Below are positions 1 through 8,631 of a DNA stretch of 28,516 nucleotides, piece by piece. Below the pieces are notes generated by a model. It ran no database searches. It was not told where the DNA came from and saw only the letters and a program-made list of their open reading frames with translations. Positions within the stretch are counted from its first letter, which is position 1, and each line of letters starts with the position of its first letter. Origin of the DNA: Verrucomicrobiota bacterium. Lineage in GTDB: Bacteria; Verrucomicrobiota; Verrucomicrobiia; Verrucomicrobiales; DEV007. Both the position numbers and the translations under genes were made by a program. The stretch covers positions 1 to 28,516 of the forward strand of contig JASFYY010000070.1 of assembly GCA_045046875.1 (NCBI GenBank). Reading direction: 5' to 3'.

Positions 1-84
1 TCTGCTTCACCCTCTGCTTCACCCTCTGCTTCACCCTCTGCTTCACCCTCTGCTTCACCCTCTGCTTCACCCTCTGCTTCACCC
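1..84. repeat. Perfect 12-bp tandem repeat (TCTGCTTCACCC) x7, truncated by the window edge; encodes GEAE on the minus strand
   Basis: Seven identical units read directly from the sequence. Confidence 0.97.
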
Positions 85-638
85 AAATCCTCGCCAGCCA
101 GCCTAGCTGCATCATCATGATCGAGCGCCGCCTCATCCTCCTCCTTAAGCTCACCAGCACTTATCGCTTCGCCCTCAGTCTCAGCATCTTCTAACAAGTC
201 AGTTTCAGCCCCCAAGCCTTCCACAACTATAGCGCTATCCTCGACCTCAACCGTATGCAGGTCTTCCTCCACTGGCACACGGGTGACCTGCACCCGCATG
301 CTGCCATTTTCATTCGGACGCATACTGGCCACAATAGGCAGGCTGCAATTCAAACACATGCCTTGCATGCCCAGATGCTCACGCGAAATATTCAATTCCT
401 GCCCACAGTCCGGACACCAAATCCGCAAAGGCGGCTCGCCCTCGGGCTCAGGCTCGACCATGGCTTCAGCTTCCACCGCAGGCTCTGCAGCTTCTGCCTC
501 AGCTAGCTCAGGCTCTTCAAGCTCCTCTGCTTGATCCAACTCTTCCTGCCCCGGTAAATACCATGGCACACTCGCTCCGACCGCATCACTGCCATCAATT
601 TCCTCGTCGGGGGATTCTGGGTCTTCAGGTTCGTTCAT
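1..638 (-). CDS. Acidic low-complexity protein with a Zn-ribbon (CPDC-x16-CLNC) and (GEAE)n repeats; 3' end runs off the window
   Basis: Translated by hand from the ATG at 638: MNEPEDPESPDEEIDG...PPLRIWCPDCGQELNISREHLGMQGMCLNCSLPIVA...EDLGEAEGEAE. The frame is open to base 1. It is absent from the ORF track because no stop lies in the window. The + strand ORFs 255..506 and 283..534 are its shadows. Confidence 0.8.
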   Translation of the reverse strand, partial: MNEPEDPESPDEEIDGSDAVGASVPWYLPGQEELDQAEELEEPELAEAEAAEPAVEAEAMVEPEPEGEPPLRIWCPDCGQELNISREHLGMQGMCLNCSLPIVASMRPNENGSMRVQVTRVPVEEDLHTVEVEDSAIVVEGLGAETDLLEDAETEGEAISAGELKEEDEAALDHDDAARLAGEDLGEAEGEAEGEAEGEAEGEAEGEAEGEA

Positions 639-730
639 GTCAGGCTGTAGCCAAATAGCATATAAACCGTGTATCTAAACGCCTTTTTACTTAATTTCCA
701 AGCTCTGCTTCTATCATTTTTATCAGCTCT

Positions 731-2161
731 TCAAATATGAATCGCATGATCAAAGGCTGCGGCCGACGCTTCATGCAAGGCTTCGGCATAAGTCGGATGC
801 GCGTGGATCGTGTTTTCGATGTCCTTCCAAGTCGCGCCCATTTGCAAAGCCAGTCCGGTTTCAGCGATCATTTCGGTCGCCTCGCCGCCAATGATATGAG
901 CCCCCAACAAACGATCCGAGCCGTCATCGGCAAAAATCAATTTGGTGAACCCTTCGCGTTCATTTGCTGCCAGGGCACGTCCACTGGCCATGAAGGGGAA
1001 CTTACCAATGCGGTGGGCGATGCCCTGATCGATGCAGTCCTGCTCACTCAGACCAATGCTGGCGACTTCAGGATGGCAATAGGTACAACCAGGAAAATTA
1101 CCGACCTTTTCAGGCTCATGCCCCTGTATATAAAGCCCCTCAATCGTCTGGATCGCCTCAAAACTGGCTACGTGGGCAAGCCAGGGCGCCCCGATGATAT
1201 CCCCCGCGGCGTAAACATTAGCCAAAGAGGTCTGATAACGATCTCCCACTTGCACAAAACCTCTGTCGCTCAGCTCGATCTGCCCCAATTCCTCTGCGAT
1301 ATCCGGCAAAACCGGAGCCACTCCGGTAGCCACCAGGCAATAATCCGCCTCGATATTTTTCTCTTCCCCGGATTCTCCGCCAGTGAGGTCCTGCACCGTG
1401 AGCGATACTCCGCCTTCCGACACTCTTGCTGAGATGGTTTTGTGGCTGGTCAGGCAAGCAATTCTCTGACGTTTGAAAGATTTCTCCAATGTTTCGGAAA
1501 TTTCCCGATCCTCGACCGGCACCAATCGATCCATCATCTCAACCAGCGTCACTTTACAGCCATACGCACTGAAAAAACTCGCAAACTCGACCCCAATCGC
1601 ACCAGCTCCAATGATAATCAGGCTCTGGGGACATTCGGGCAGGGTCATCGCCTCCTTGGAAGACAGAACCCGGTTGCCATCAAAGGGCAAAAAAAGCAAG
1701 GCCGCGGGCTTGCAGCCGGTGGCGATCAAAACATCTTTACTTTCAAGCACTTGAGTAGGATCAGCGCCCTCTTCAGCGGACGTAAACTCGACCTCCACCC
1801 GTCCCTCTGCCAGCAGGGATCCCGTTCCGCGAATGTAATCAATGCCGTTTTTCTTAAACAAAAACTCCACTCCGCCCGCCAAACGCCCCGACACCTGGCG
1901 TGAGCGCCCGATCACCTTATCCCAGTCAAAACTGACTTCACCATCAATCTGCACCCCGAACTCGCGTGCTTGTTTGGTGATCGAACGATAAAAAGCAGCA
2001 TTTTTCAGCAAAGCCTTGGTCGGAATACAACCCCAGTTGAGACAAGTGCCTCCAGCCCGGTCATTTTCGACGCAGGCAACCTTTTTCCCCAATTGGGCCG
2101 CGCGAATGGCGGCGACATAACCCGCGGGGCCGCCCCCTATAACTATGAGATCGTATGACAT
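731..2161 (-). CDS. lpdA: Dihydrolipoyl dehydrogenase (E3)
   Basis: Starts MSYDLIVIGGGPAGY (FAD-binding) and carries the redox disulfide GGTCLNWGCIPTKALL, NAD-binding GAGAIGVE and C-terminal HAHPTYAE. Start moved from 2266 to the ATG at 2161. Confidence 0.93.
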   Translation of the reverse strand: MSYDLIVIGGGPAGYVAAIRAAQLGKKVACVENDRAGGTCLNWGCIPTKALLKNAAFYRSITKQAREFGVQIDGEVSFDWDKVIGRSRQVSGRLAGGVEFLFKKNGIDYIRGTGSLLAEGRVEVEFTSAEEGADPTQVLESKDVLIATGCKPAALLFLPFDGNRVLSSKEAMTLPECPQSLIIIGAGAIGVEFASFFSAYGCKVTLVEMMDRLVPVEDREISETLEKSFKRQRIACLTSHKTISARVSEGGVSLTVQDLTGGESGEEKNIEADYCLVATGVAPVLPDIAEELGQIELSDRGFVQVGDRYQTSLANVYAAGDIIGAPWLAHVASFEAIQTIEGLYIQGHEPEKVGNFPGCTYCHPEVASIGLSEQDCIDQGIAHRIGKFPFMASGRALAANEREGFTKLIFADDGSDRLLGAHIIGGEATEMIAETGLALQMGATWKDIENTIHAHPTYAEALHEASAAAFDHAIHI

Positions 2162-2429
2162 GATGAACTTTGTATGACAGAACTTTTTTATAAGCACAAA
2201 TCCGCTGAATACCCGAAAATATCCGCCATTTGTTATTAAAGTGGCACGAAAGTGGCTGATATTCACTCAATTGAAAGCGGAAAGAACAGCCTTCTCACTT
2301 AAAAATCACTTGAGAGAGGCGCTAAAATCGCTAAAAGTTGGGCAATGCTTACCGGTCTCTGGTCCGGTTCACGAGTTTACGCCTACGCACCCGTACATTT
2401 CACCAGTTCATTTTCAAAAAAAAATCGAT

Positions 2430-5400
2430 ATGTCCACGAATACCAACGCACCGACCGAAGAGTCGCAAGAGAAAAAGAGCCAGCCTGAAAACTCTCCCAA
2501 ATATCCAGGCATCCGCGTCACCTGTAACGGTAACCAATTAGTGACTCAATGGGTTGAGACCCGCATCACTGAAGGTGGCATCTTTTATCCGATCACACCC
2601 AGCACCGAAGGCGGCGAGATCTATCAAGAGTCTTTTGCCAAAGGCGAGCTCAATGTTTTTGGCCGTCAAAAAATCGCCATCGAAACCGAAGGCGAGCACT
2701 CGGCTCAAGGTGGCGCCACCGCTTTTGCCGTGACCGGTCACCGTGCGGTCAACTTCACCTCTGGTCAGGGATTGGTTTACGCTTCCGAGCAATACTACCA
2801 CGCACCCGGCAAGGGTTCGACCATGGTGCTGCAAGTTGGCGCACGTGCGCTGACCAAACACGCCCTGAACGTGCACTGTGGTCACGATGACATCTACGCC
2901 GTGCTCGACACCGGTTGGACGATCCTCTTCGCCAAAGACGCTCAACAGGCCGCTGACCAATCGATCATCCTGCGTAAAGTCGCCGAGCTGAGCCTCAACC
3001 CTGGCATGAATGTGCAGGACGGCATGCTCACCACTCACTCCGAGCGCACCTACTTTGCCCCCGAAGCCGATTTACTACGTGAATTCCTCGGTGCTCCCGA
3101 CGACGAGATCGACTGCCCGACACCTGCTCAAAAAGACCTTTTTGGCGAAACCCGTCGCCGCGTGCCGGCGATGATCGACATCAAAGCACCCGTGCTGCTC
3201 GGACCGGTGCAGAACCAGGAGCATCACATGAACGGCATCGTTGCCCGACGCAATAACTTCAACGAACCCATCATGGGCTTCCTCGAAGACGCGTTCCAAG
3301 AATTCGGTGATCTCACCGGCCGCTATTATGGCCCCATCACCAAATACAAAACGGACGACGCGGAAACGGTTTTTGTTTCCATCGGTTGTGCCGCGGAAAA
3401 CTTGGAAGAAGCCTGCGACTACCTGCGTGACCAGCGCGGTGCCAAAGTTGGCTCGATCCACATCAATGTCATTCGCCCCTTCCCAGAAGCAGCGATCATC
3501 GAAGCGCTTCGCGGCAAAAAACACGTCATCGTTTTGGAAAGAACAGACGAAGGCATGGCTGGCGACAACCCGCTCGGCCGTGACATCCGCACCGCTTTGC
3601 TGAAAGGTCTCGAAACCGCAAAATTTGGCGGCACCCGTGCTGCCATGACGATGGAAGAAATGCCTCGCATGTTCCGCGGCTCCTACGGAGTAGGATCTCG
3701 CGACTTCCGCCCAGAGCACATGCTCGGCGCTTACGAATTCGCCATCGGCCAGACCAAACGCCAGGACGGCCTCGGTGCTGAAGACGGAAAATCATTTTTC
3801 GTATTGGGATGTGACCACCCCTACGCGGTCAAATCCAAAGAACTTCCCTCTTTGCTGCCACAAGGCGCTATAGCGGTGCGCTTCCACTCGATCGGTGGTT
3901 GGGGCATGATCACCACGGGTAAAAATCTCGGTGAAATCATCGGCGAGTTTGGTGACTTCATCTCTCATCGTGATCCTGAATACGACGAAGGAGGAACGCT
4001 GGTTGAGAAGCTCAACATCATGGCGAACCCCAAATACGGTTCGGAGAAAAAAGGTTCGCCCACCAACTACTTCTTGGTAGTAGCTCCCGAGCGTGTGCGA
4101 GTGAACTGCGAGCTCAACCACGTGGACGTGGTGCTCTGCTGCGATCCTAAAGCCTTCACCCACACCAACCCACTGGCAGGCATCAACAAAGGTGGCAGCC
4201 TGGTTTGGGAATCCAATGACGACCCTGCTACGGCATGGCAACGCATCCCCAAACAACACCGCGAGTTTGTTAAAGAAAACAATATCCGTATTTTCATCCT
4301 GCCAGGTTTCGACATTGCTAAAAAAGCAACCAGCCGACCTGACTTGCAGATGAGAATGCAAGGCAACTCTTTCCTGGGTGCCTTTTTCAAAGTATCGCCT
4401 TTCCTTGATGAATACAGCATCAGCGAAGAGCAATTTTTGCAAACAGTTCGCGCTCAGTATCAGAAGAAATTTGGTCGTTTTGGTGACGCAGTAGTCGATT
4501 CCAACATGACGGTGATGACTGAAGGTTTCGCCCGGGTGCAAGAGATCAACTACGGTGAACTCGAAGACGCAGACACTTCAAGCATGCGCCTCGCGCCACT
4601 CGCTCCCGTCGGCAATATAGAAATCTTACCTACCGCAGGTTGCAACGTTTCCAGCATCGGCACGATCTCCACACCCGAAGGTCAGCCAATCAAAGATCCC
4701 ATCAAAACGATGGCGAAATTTGATTCGGAATACCGCAGCGGCCTAGCCTACAACCAACCCGCTGGCCCGCTGGCAGCTATGGGCGTGATGGCGTCAGGCA
4801 CCGGGGCGACTTCATCCAAGTATGTCGCTCGTCGTGAGACTCCGGTTTACATCGCCGAAAATTGCACCCAGTGCATGGAGTGTATCACCGCTTGTCCCGA
4901 CACCGCTCTGCCTAACACCTCACAAAATATCGGCACCGTGTTGACCACGGCTGCTACCAACTATGTTAGCGACGCCGCTGAGCGCAAAAAACTGATCGCC
5001 GAATTGCCTGGCATCGAATCACGCGCTCGCGAGGCGATGACCACTTCTGTGAATGCCAAAGAAAGCCTGCCTTTCAAAGACATCATCCGCAAGGAAATCG
5101 AAGGCATCAATGGAGCCGTCGCTGCAGAGAGCAAAAACGAATTCCTCGCCATCATCGACAAATTGCCACTGGCATACAGCAAGGTGCCCGCCATCTTCAA
5201 AAACGTCGAAAAGAAAAACAACGGCGAAGGCGGCCTGTTCTCGATCTTCGTCTCCGACCTTTGTAAAGGTTGCGGCGAGTGTGTCACCGAGTGCGGCGAC
5301 CACAATGCCCTCGTCATGATGCCCGATACCGAAGAGCTCAATCAGGACATGATGACCTCGCAGATCTTCTCGCGCATGCTGCCTGAGACACCGCAGAAAT

Positions 5401-7178
5401 ACCTCGGCCTCTACGACAACGAAGCGCCGCAAGATTCTCGTGCAGCCGCACTGAGAAATCACCTGATGGTGCGCAGCAACTACGAAGCTCTGGTCTCCGG
5501 AGACGGAGCCTGTGCTGGTTGTGGTGAAAAGAGCATCCTGCGTGCACTTGCATCAGTGACCGAAGCCTACATGAGACCGCTCTATCATCAGAAGGCCGAT
5601 CGCCTTTATGAAAAAGCCGGTGTTCTGCTAACTGACGGTGTCGCCAAACTGCAAGCCCTAAAAGCTCAAGACGAAGAACAATACACTCGTTACAAACGAG
5701 CCTTCGCTCAGTTGATCATGGGACTCGGTGGTGAGAACTCAGAGGATACCGACCAACGCATCGCCAAACACGGCGACATCAGCGACCAAGAAGTCATCGA
5801 CGGCTTGTGCGCAGTGATGAATCAAGATGCTTACAATCACAAACGCCTGCAAGCCAATGACGGACGTTCCGCCAACGGCATGTCAGTGATGACCATGGGA
5901 GCCAGCACCGGTTGTAATACCGTTTACGGATCGACTCCTCCATCCAACCCACATCCTTATCCTTGGATGAACTCTCTGTTCCAAGACGGCTCCACCGTTT
6001 CCTGGTTGCTCGGCGAGTCTCTCATCCTTCAACACTCCCGCCGTTCGGTGGCTCCTGAAAGATTGTGCGACTCCTTGTTGGACGCCGCCGCAGGTGAAGA
6101 TGTGATGCCAGAGCAGACTTACTGGGATCTCACTCGCCTCAACGATACGCTGATGACCGAACAGGAAATCCGCGAGTTGCCAAAAGTGTGGATCGTCGGT
6201 GGTGATGGCGCTTTGGGAGATATTGGTTTCCAGAATCTCTCAAAAGTGATCCTGCAGAATCGTCCCAACGTCAACGGCATCATGCTCGATACCCAGGTTT
6301 ACTCCAACACCGGTGGTCAGAACTCCGATTCATCGACGATGCTCGGCGGTTATGACATGAACCAGTTTGGACGTCAGTCCCAAGGTAAGTTGATCGAGAA
6401 AAAGAACGTCTCGGAAATCTTAACCGCCGGACACGGATCGCCTTTCATCGCTCAGGTATCGATGGCCAACTCCGCACGACTTTATAAGTCGATGCTCGAC
6501 GGCCTTGAATATCGCGGCACCTCCTTCTTCCAATGTTATACCACTTGCCAACCTGAACACGGTGTAGGTGACAACATGTCAGCGGAACAAGCCAAACTCG
6601 TTCGCGATTGCCGTGGCATGCCCGAGTTTGTATTCGACCCGCAGGGTGGTGAGCTTTCCCAAGAGTGTTTCGATCTCAAGGGCAACCCCAGCCTGAAACG
6701 CGATTGGTGGGAAGCCAGCTATAGCGACAAGAGCAAATACAACTTCACCGTTGCTCACTGGGCGATCACCGAAGCTCGCTTCCGTCGTCACTTGAAATTG
6801 ATCAAAGAAGAGGAAATTTCCAATTACACCTTCTTCGATGACATTCTCGCTCGCATCTCACAAGACGACGTCGTCCATCGCCGCGTCTTTGATACCGATC
6901 ACCGCAGTTACGTGCCTGATTTTGAAGTCTATTTCAAAGCAGAAGTAGACGGCAAATTCCGCTACTACTCAGTATCACGTCAAATGGTGCTGTTCGCCGT
7001 AGAACGCCGTAAAGCGTGGCGCATGCTGCAAAGTAAAGCCGGCATCCAGAACCAGGATTACGCAGCGCAGCGCGCCTTGTTGAAAAAAGTCGATGCCGGA
7101 GACATCACGCTAGAAGAGCTACTCAGCAAATCTGGCGAATTGTTACAAGCCGAAGCCGATACCCTGAGCGCCAAATAA
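2430..7178 (+). CDS. nifJ: Single-chain pyruvate/2-oxoacid:ferredoxin (flavodoxin) oxidoreductase, long (about 1582 aa) NifJ/PFOR type
   Basis: Motifs YPITPS, EGEHSAQGG, FTSGQGL, two [4Fe-4S] motifs (CTQCMECITACP, CKGCGECVTEC), GACAGCGE, GCNTVYG and TPP-binding GGDG...DTQVYSNTGGQ. The ATG at 2430 is preferred over the GTG at 2241. Confidence 0.9.
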   Translation: MSTNTNAPTEESQEKKSQPENSPKYPGIRVTCNGNQLVTQWVETRITEGGIFYPITPSTEGGEIYQESFAKGELNVFGRQKIAIETEGEHSAQGGATAFAVTGHRAVNFTSGQGLVYASEQYYHAPGKGSTMVLQVGARALTKHALNVHCGHDDIYAVLDTGWTILFAKDAQQAADQSIILRKVAELSLNPGMNVQDGMLTTHSERTYFAPEADLLREFLGAPDDEIDCPTPAQKDLFGETRRRVPAMIDIKAPVLLGPVQNQEHHMNGIVARRNNFNEPIMGFLEDAFQEFGDLTGRYYGPITKYKTDDAETVFVSIGCAAENLEEACDYLRDQRGAKVGSIHINVIRPFPEAAIIEALRGKKHVIVLERTDEGMAGDNPLGRDIRTALLKGLETAKFGGTRAAMTMEEMPRMFRGSYGVGSRDFRPEHMLGAYEFAIGQTKRQDGLGAEDGKSFFVLGCDHPYAVKSKELPSLLPQGAIAVRFHSIGGWGMITTGKNLGEIIGEFGDFISHRDPEYDEGGTLVEKLNIMANPKYGSEKKGSPTNYFLVVAPERVRVNCELNHVDVVLCCDPKAFTHTNPLAGINKGGSLVWESNDDPATAWQRIPKQHREFVKENNIRIFILPGFDIAKKATSRPDLQMRMQGNSFLGAFFKVSPFLDEYSISEEQFLQTVRAQYQKKFGRFGDAVVDSNMTVMTEGFARVQEINYGELEDADTSSMRLAPLAPVGNIEILPTAGCNVSSIGTISTPEGQPIKDPIKTMAKFDSEYRSGLAYNQPAGPLAAMGVMASGTGATSSKYVARRETPVYIAENCTQCMECITACPDTALPNTSQNIGTVLTTAATNYVSDAAERKKLIAELPGIESRAREAMTTSVNAKESLPFKDIIRKEIEGINGAVAAESKNEFLAIIDKLPLAYSKVPAIFKNVEKKNNGEGGLFSIFVSDLCKGCGECVTECGDHNALVMMPDTEELNQDMMTSQIFSRMLPETPQKYLGLYDNEAPQDSRAAALRNHLMVRSNYEALVSGDGACAGCGEKSILRALASVTEAYMRPLYHQKADRLYEKAGVLLTDGVAKLQALKAQDEEQYTRYKRAFAQLIMGLGGENSEDTDQRIAKHGDISDQEVIDGLCAVMNQDAYNHKRLQANDGRSANGMSVMTMGASTGCNTVYGSTPPSNPHPYPWMNSLFQDGSTVSWLLGESLILQHSRRSVAPERLCDSLLDAAAGEDVMPEQTYWDLTRLNDTLMTEQEIRELPKVWIVGGDGALGDIGFQNLSKVILQNRPNVNGIMLDTQVYSNTGGQNSDSSTMLGGYDMNQFGRQSQGKLIEKKNVSEILTAGHGSPFIAQVSMANSARLYKSMLDGLEYRGTSFFQCYTTCQPEHGVGDNMSAEQAKLVRDCRGMPEFVFDPQGGELSQECFDLKGNPSLKRDWWEASYSDKSKYNFTVAHWAITEARFRRHLKLIKEEEISNYTFFDDILARISQDDVVHRRVFDTDHRSYVPDFEVYFKAEVDGKFRYYSVSRQMVLFAVERRKAWRMLQSKAGIQNQDYAAQRALLKKVDAGDITLEELLSKSGELLQAEADTLSAK

Positions 7179-7212
7179 ATAAAATTCGCGACCTCCGTCG
7201 CTACAAAATCCC

Positions 7213-7249
7213 AAGCCCTTCCGGTCAACAAAACCAGAAGGGCTTTTTT
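7213..7249 (+). terminator. Rho-independent terminator of the PFOR gene
   Basis: AAGCCCTTCCGGT-caacaaa-ACCAGAAGGGCTT (13-bp stem with one mismatch) running into a T tract, about 35 nt after the stop codon. Confidence 0.8.
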
Positions 7250-7346
7250 GTGCACCACACTCCCGCCCGCAAACGCACGCACGTAGTGCGGGCTTGCCTT
7301 TGGCTGTCTTCCGTTTTCACTTCGGCTCCAACCCGCCCCCCCTTAA

Positions 7347-7434
7347 GCCCAAAGGGCTGCCCCTATGCCAGTCCCGGACAACGTCCGGGGTTAAATCCAC
7401 CCTCATTTCTCCAGCACCACCGGTGCGGCCCTAA
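7347..7434 (+). repeat. REP-like three-hairpin element (half copy of the element at 24524-24707)
   Basis: Hairpins GCCC-AAA-GGGC, CCCGGAC-AAC-GTCCGGG and GCACC-ACC-GGTGC followed by GGCCCTAA. Same order and similar spacing as the arms at 24524-24611 and 24631-24707. Confidence 0.7.
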
Positions 7435-7564
7435 TCTTCCTCCAAACTCATCCCCCAATCAGCACAAGAATACTTTTACCAGGGGTGCCTCCCTTTAATT
7501 TACCATTTAATTTATCTTTATTTTCAGTTTCTATTCTTCTGATTTTCGCTCAAATCCCTCGGCA

Positions 7565-7593
7565 TTGACAAAACTATACCGCCGTGCGATCAT
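7565..7593 (+). promoter_or_regulatory. Sigma70-type promoter of the toxin-antitoxin operon
   Basis: Perfect TTGACA (7565-7570), 17-bp spacer and TGn-GATCAT extended -10 (7588-7593), with an AT-rich tract upstream. Confidence 0.6.
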
Positions 7594-7624
7594 ATGATTC
7601 ATAATGATTCACTATCTGAATCAT
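7594..7624. promoter_or_regulatory. Probable antitoxin operator: ATGATTCA direct repeat plus the palindrome ATGATTCA-N5-TGAATCAT
   Basis: ATGATTCA at 7594-7601 and 7604-7611, and the inverted copy TGAATCAT at 7617-7624, lie between the promoter and the antitoxin start. Confidence 0.7.
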
Positions 7625-7647
7625 TCACACGCTCAATCTGTCATCCT

Positions 7648-7905
7648 ATGAAAACGGTCACTTTACGCAACATTGACCCCGAGTTAAAAAAAGCTTTGAT
7701 GGATAAAGCTGCGCAAGATTCGTCCAGTTTGAACAGTGTGGTTTTAAACGCTTTGCGAGAAAGCTTCGGAATAGATAAAAAGCCGCGACGTCAACGTAAT
7801 TTGGAACTCGAGAACCTCGCGGGCGCATGGAATGATGAGGACAAGGCGGAGTTCGAAAAAAACACCTCCGCCTTCAATGAAATCGACGAGGCGATGTGGC
7901 AATGA
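7648..7905 (+). CDS. Ribbon-helix-helix (FitA/Arc-like) antitoxin
   Basis: MKTVTLRNIDPELKKALMDKAAQDSSSLNSVVLNAL fits an RHH pattern. The C-terminus is acidic (LAGAWNDEDKAEFE), and the stop overlaps the PIN toxin start (ATGA). Confidence 0.85.
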   Translation: MKTVTLRNIDPELKKALMDKAAQDSSSLNSVVLNALRESFGIDKKPRRQRNLELENLAGAWNDEDKAEFEKNTSAFNEIDEAMWQ

Positions 7906-8294
7906 AACATATCCTCATTGATACCAATGTTTATAGCGCCTTCATGCTCAATCAACCTGAAGTGGTTGATGTATTGAGCATTGCAAACAAAATCGTTATT
8001 TGCCCCACTGTAATGGGCGAATTACTTGCAGGTTTTAAAAATGGCAGCAAAGAAAAGAAAAACAGAGCTGAACTGGATGCTTTTCTGGATATTTCTAATG
8101 TCAGTGAAATTAACATTGATTTTGAAACATCTGAGTTTTATGCGGAAATTTACCGTTCTTTACGAGCAAAAGAAAAACCCATACCTAGCAATGATCTTTG
8201 GATAGCGGCTTCGGCCTTACAACACGGTTTAGCCGTCTTCACGCTAGATGCCCATTTCACAGTGATTGATGGATTGCTCCTGGCGAATCTCTAA
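7902..8294 (+). CDS. vapC: PIN-domain VapC family ribonuclease toxin
   Basis: 130 aa with ILIDTNVYS, GELLAG, PIPSNDLWIAASA and TLDAHF, which supply the PIN acidic tetrad. Confidence 0.92.
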   Translation: MKHILIDTNVYSAFMLNQPEVVDVLSIANKIVICPTVMGELLAGFKNGSKEKKNRAELDAFLDISNVSEINIDFETSEFYAEIYRSLRAKEKPIPSNDLWIAASALQHGLAVFTLDAHFTVIDGLLLANL

Positions 8295-8631
8295 GGTCGC
8301 GGCAATGGGTCGTAGAGTGACTTTTTCCCAGTATGATTTGAACGGTGGATTCAACCAACTGATTCCAACCTTCACTTCGTGTCTGCTTCAGAAATCTCGC
8401 AAAAATCCGGGAAAGCGGAATTTCCTCCCCTTTGATTTTTTTGCTCATCCATACTTACAACGTCGGAACAAAACCTGTAAATGGCACACCTGACTGCCCT
8501 CGCATGGCAAAAATACCGCGGCGACTCTTTCCATTGTTTTTTTGGCGCACGGTGCCATGTTTCACCAGTTTAACTGGCTAGCCATCTGCTGATGATCTAA
8601 GATTTCAATATGGATTCTATGGCCACTTTCC

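Noticed and set aside
1..84. Tandem repeat as a CRISPR array
   Set aside because: The 12-bp units are contiguous with no spacers, lie in frame within a CDS, and no cas genes are present.
2256..2270. FNR-like site CTGATATTCACTCAA upstream of PFOR
   Set aside because: The spacing is one base too long and both half-sites mismatch TTGAT-N4-ATCAA.
2241..2429. N-terminal extensions of PFOR (from 2241) and LpdA (from 2266) in the ORF track
   Set aside because: They would overlap head-to-head and remove the divergent promoter region, and family similarity begins only after the ATGs at 2430 and 2161.
7250..7498. 82-aa ORF after PFOR, and the 69-aa ORF at 24712..24921
   Set aside because: The first runs through the REP-like hairpins, and both have non-ATG starts and no protein-like features; they are probably spurious.
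8300..8390. Minus-strand peptide containing WLNPPF (amino-methyltransferase motif IV-like) as a pseudogene remnant
   Set aside because: It is a very short frame bounded by a stop with no other methyltransferase motifs, so it is likely chance.
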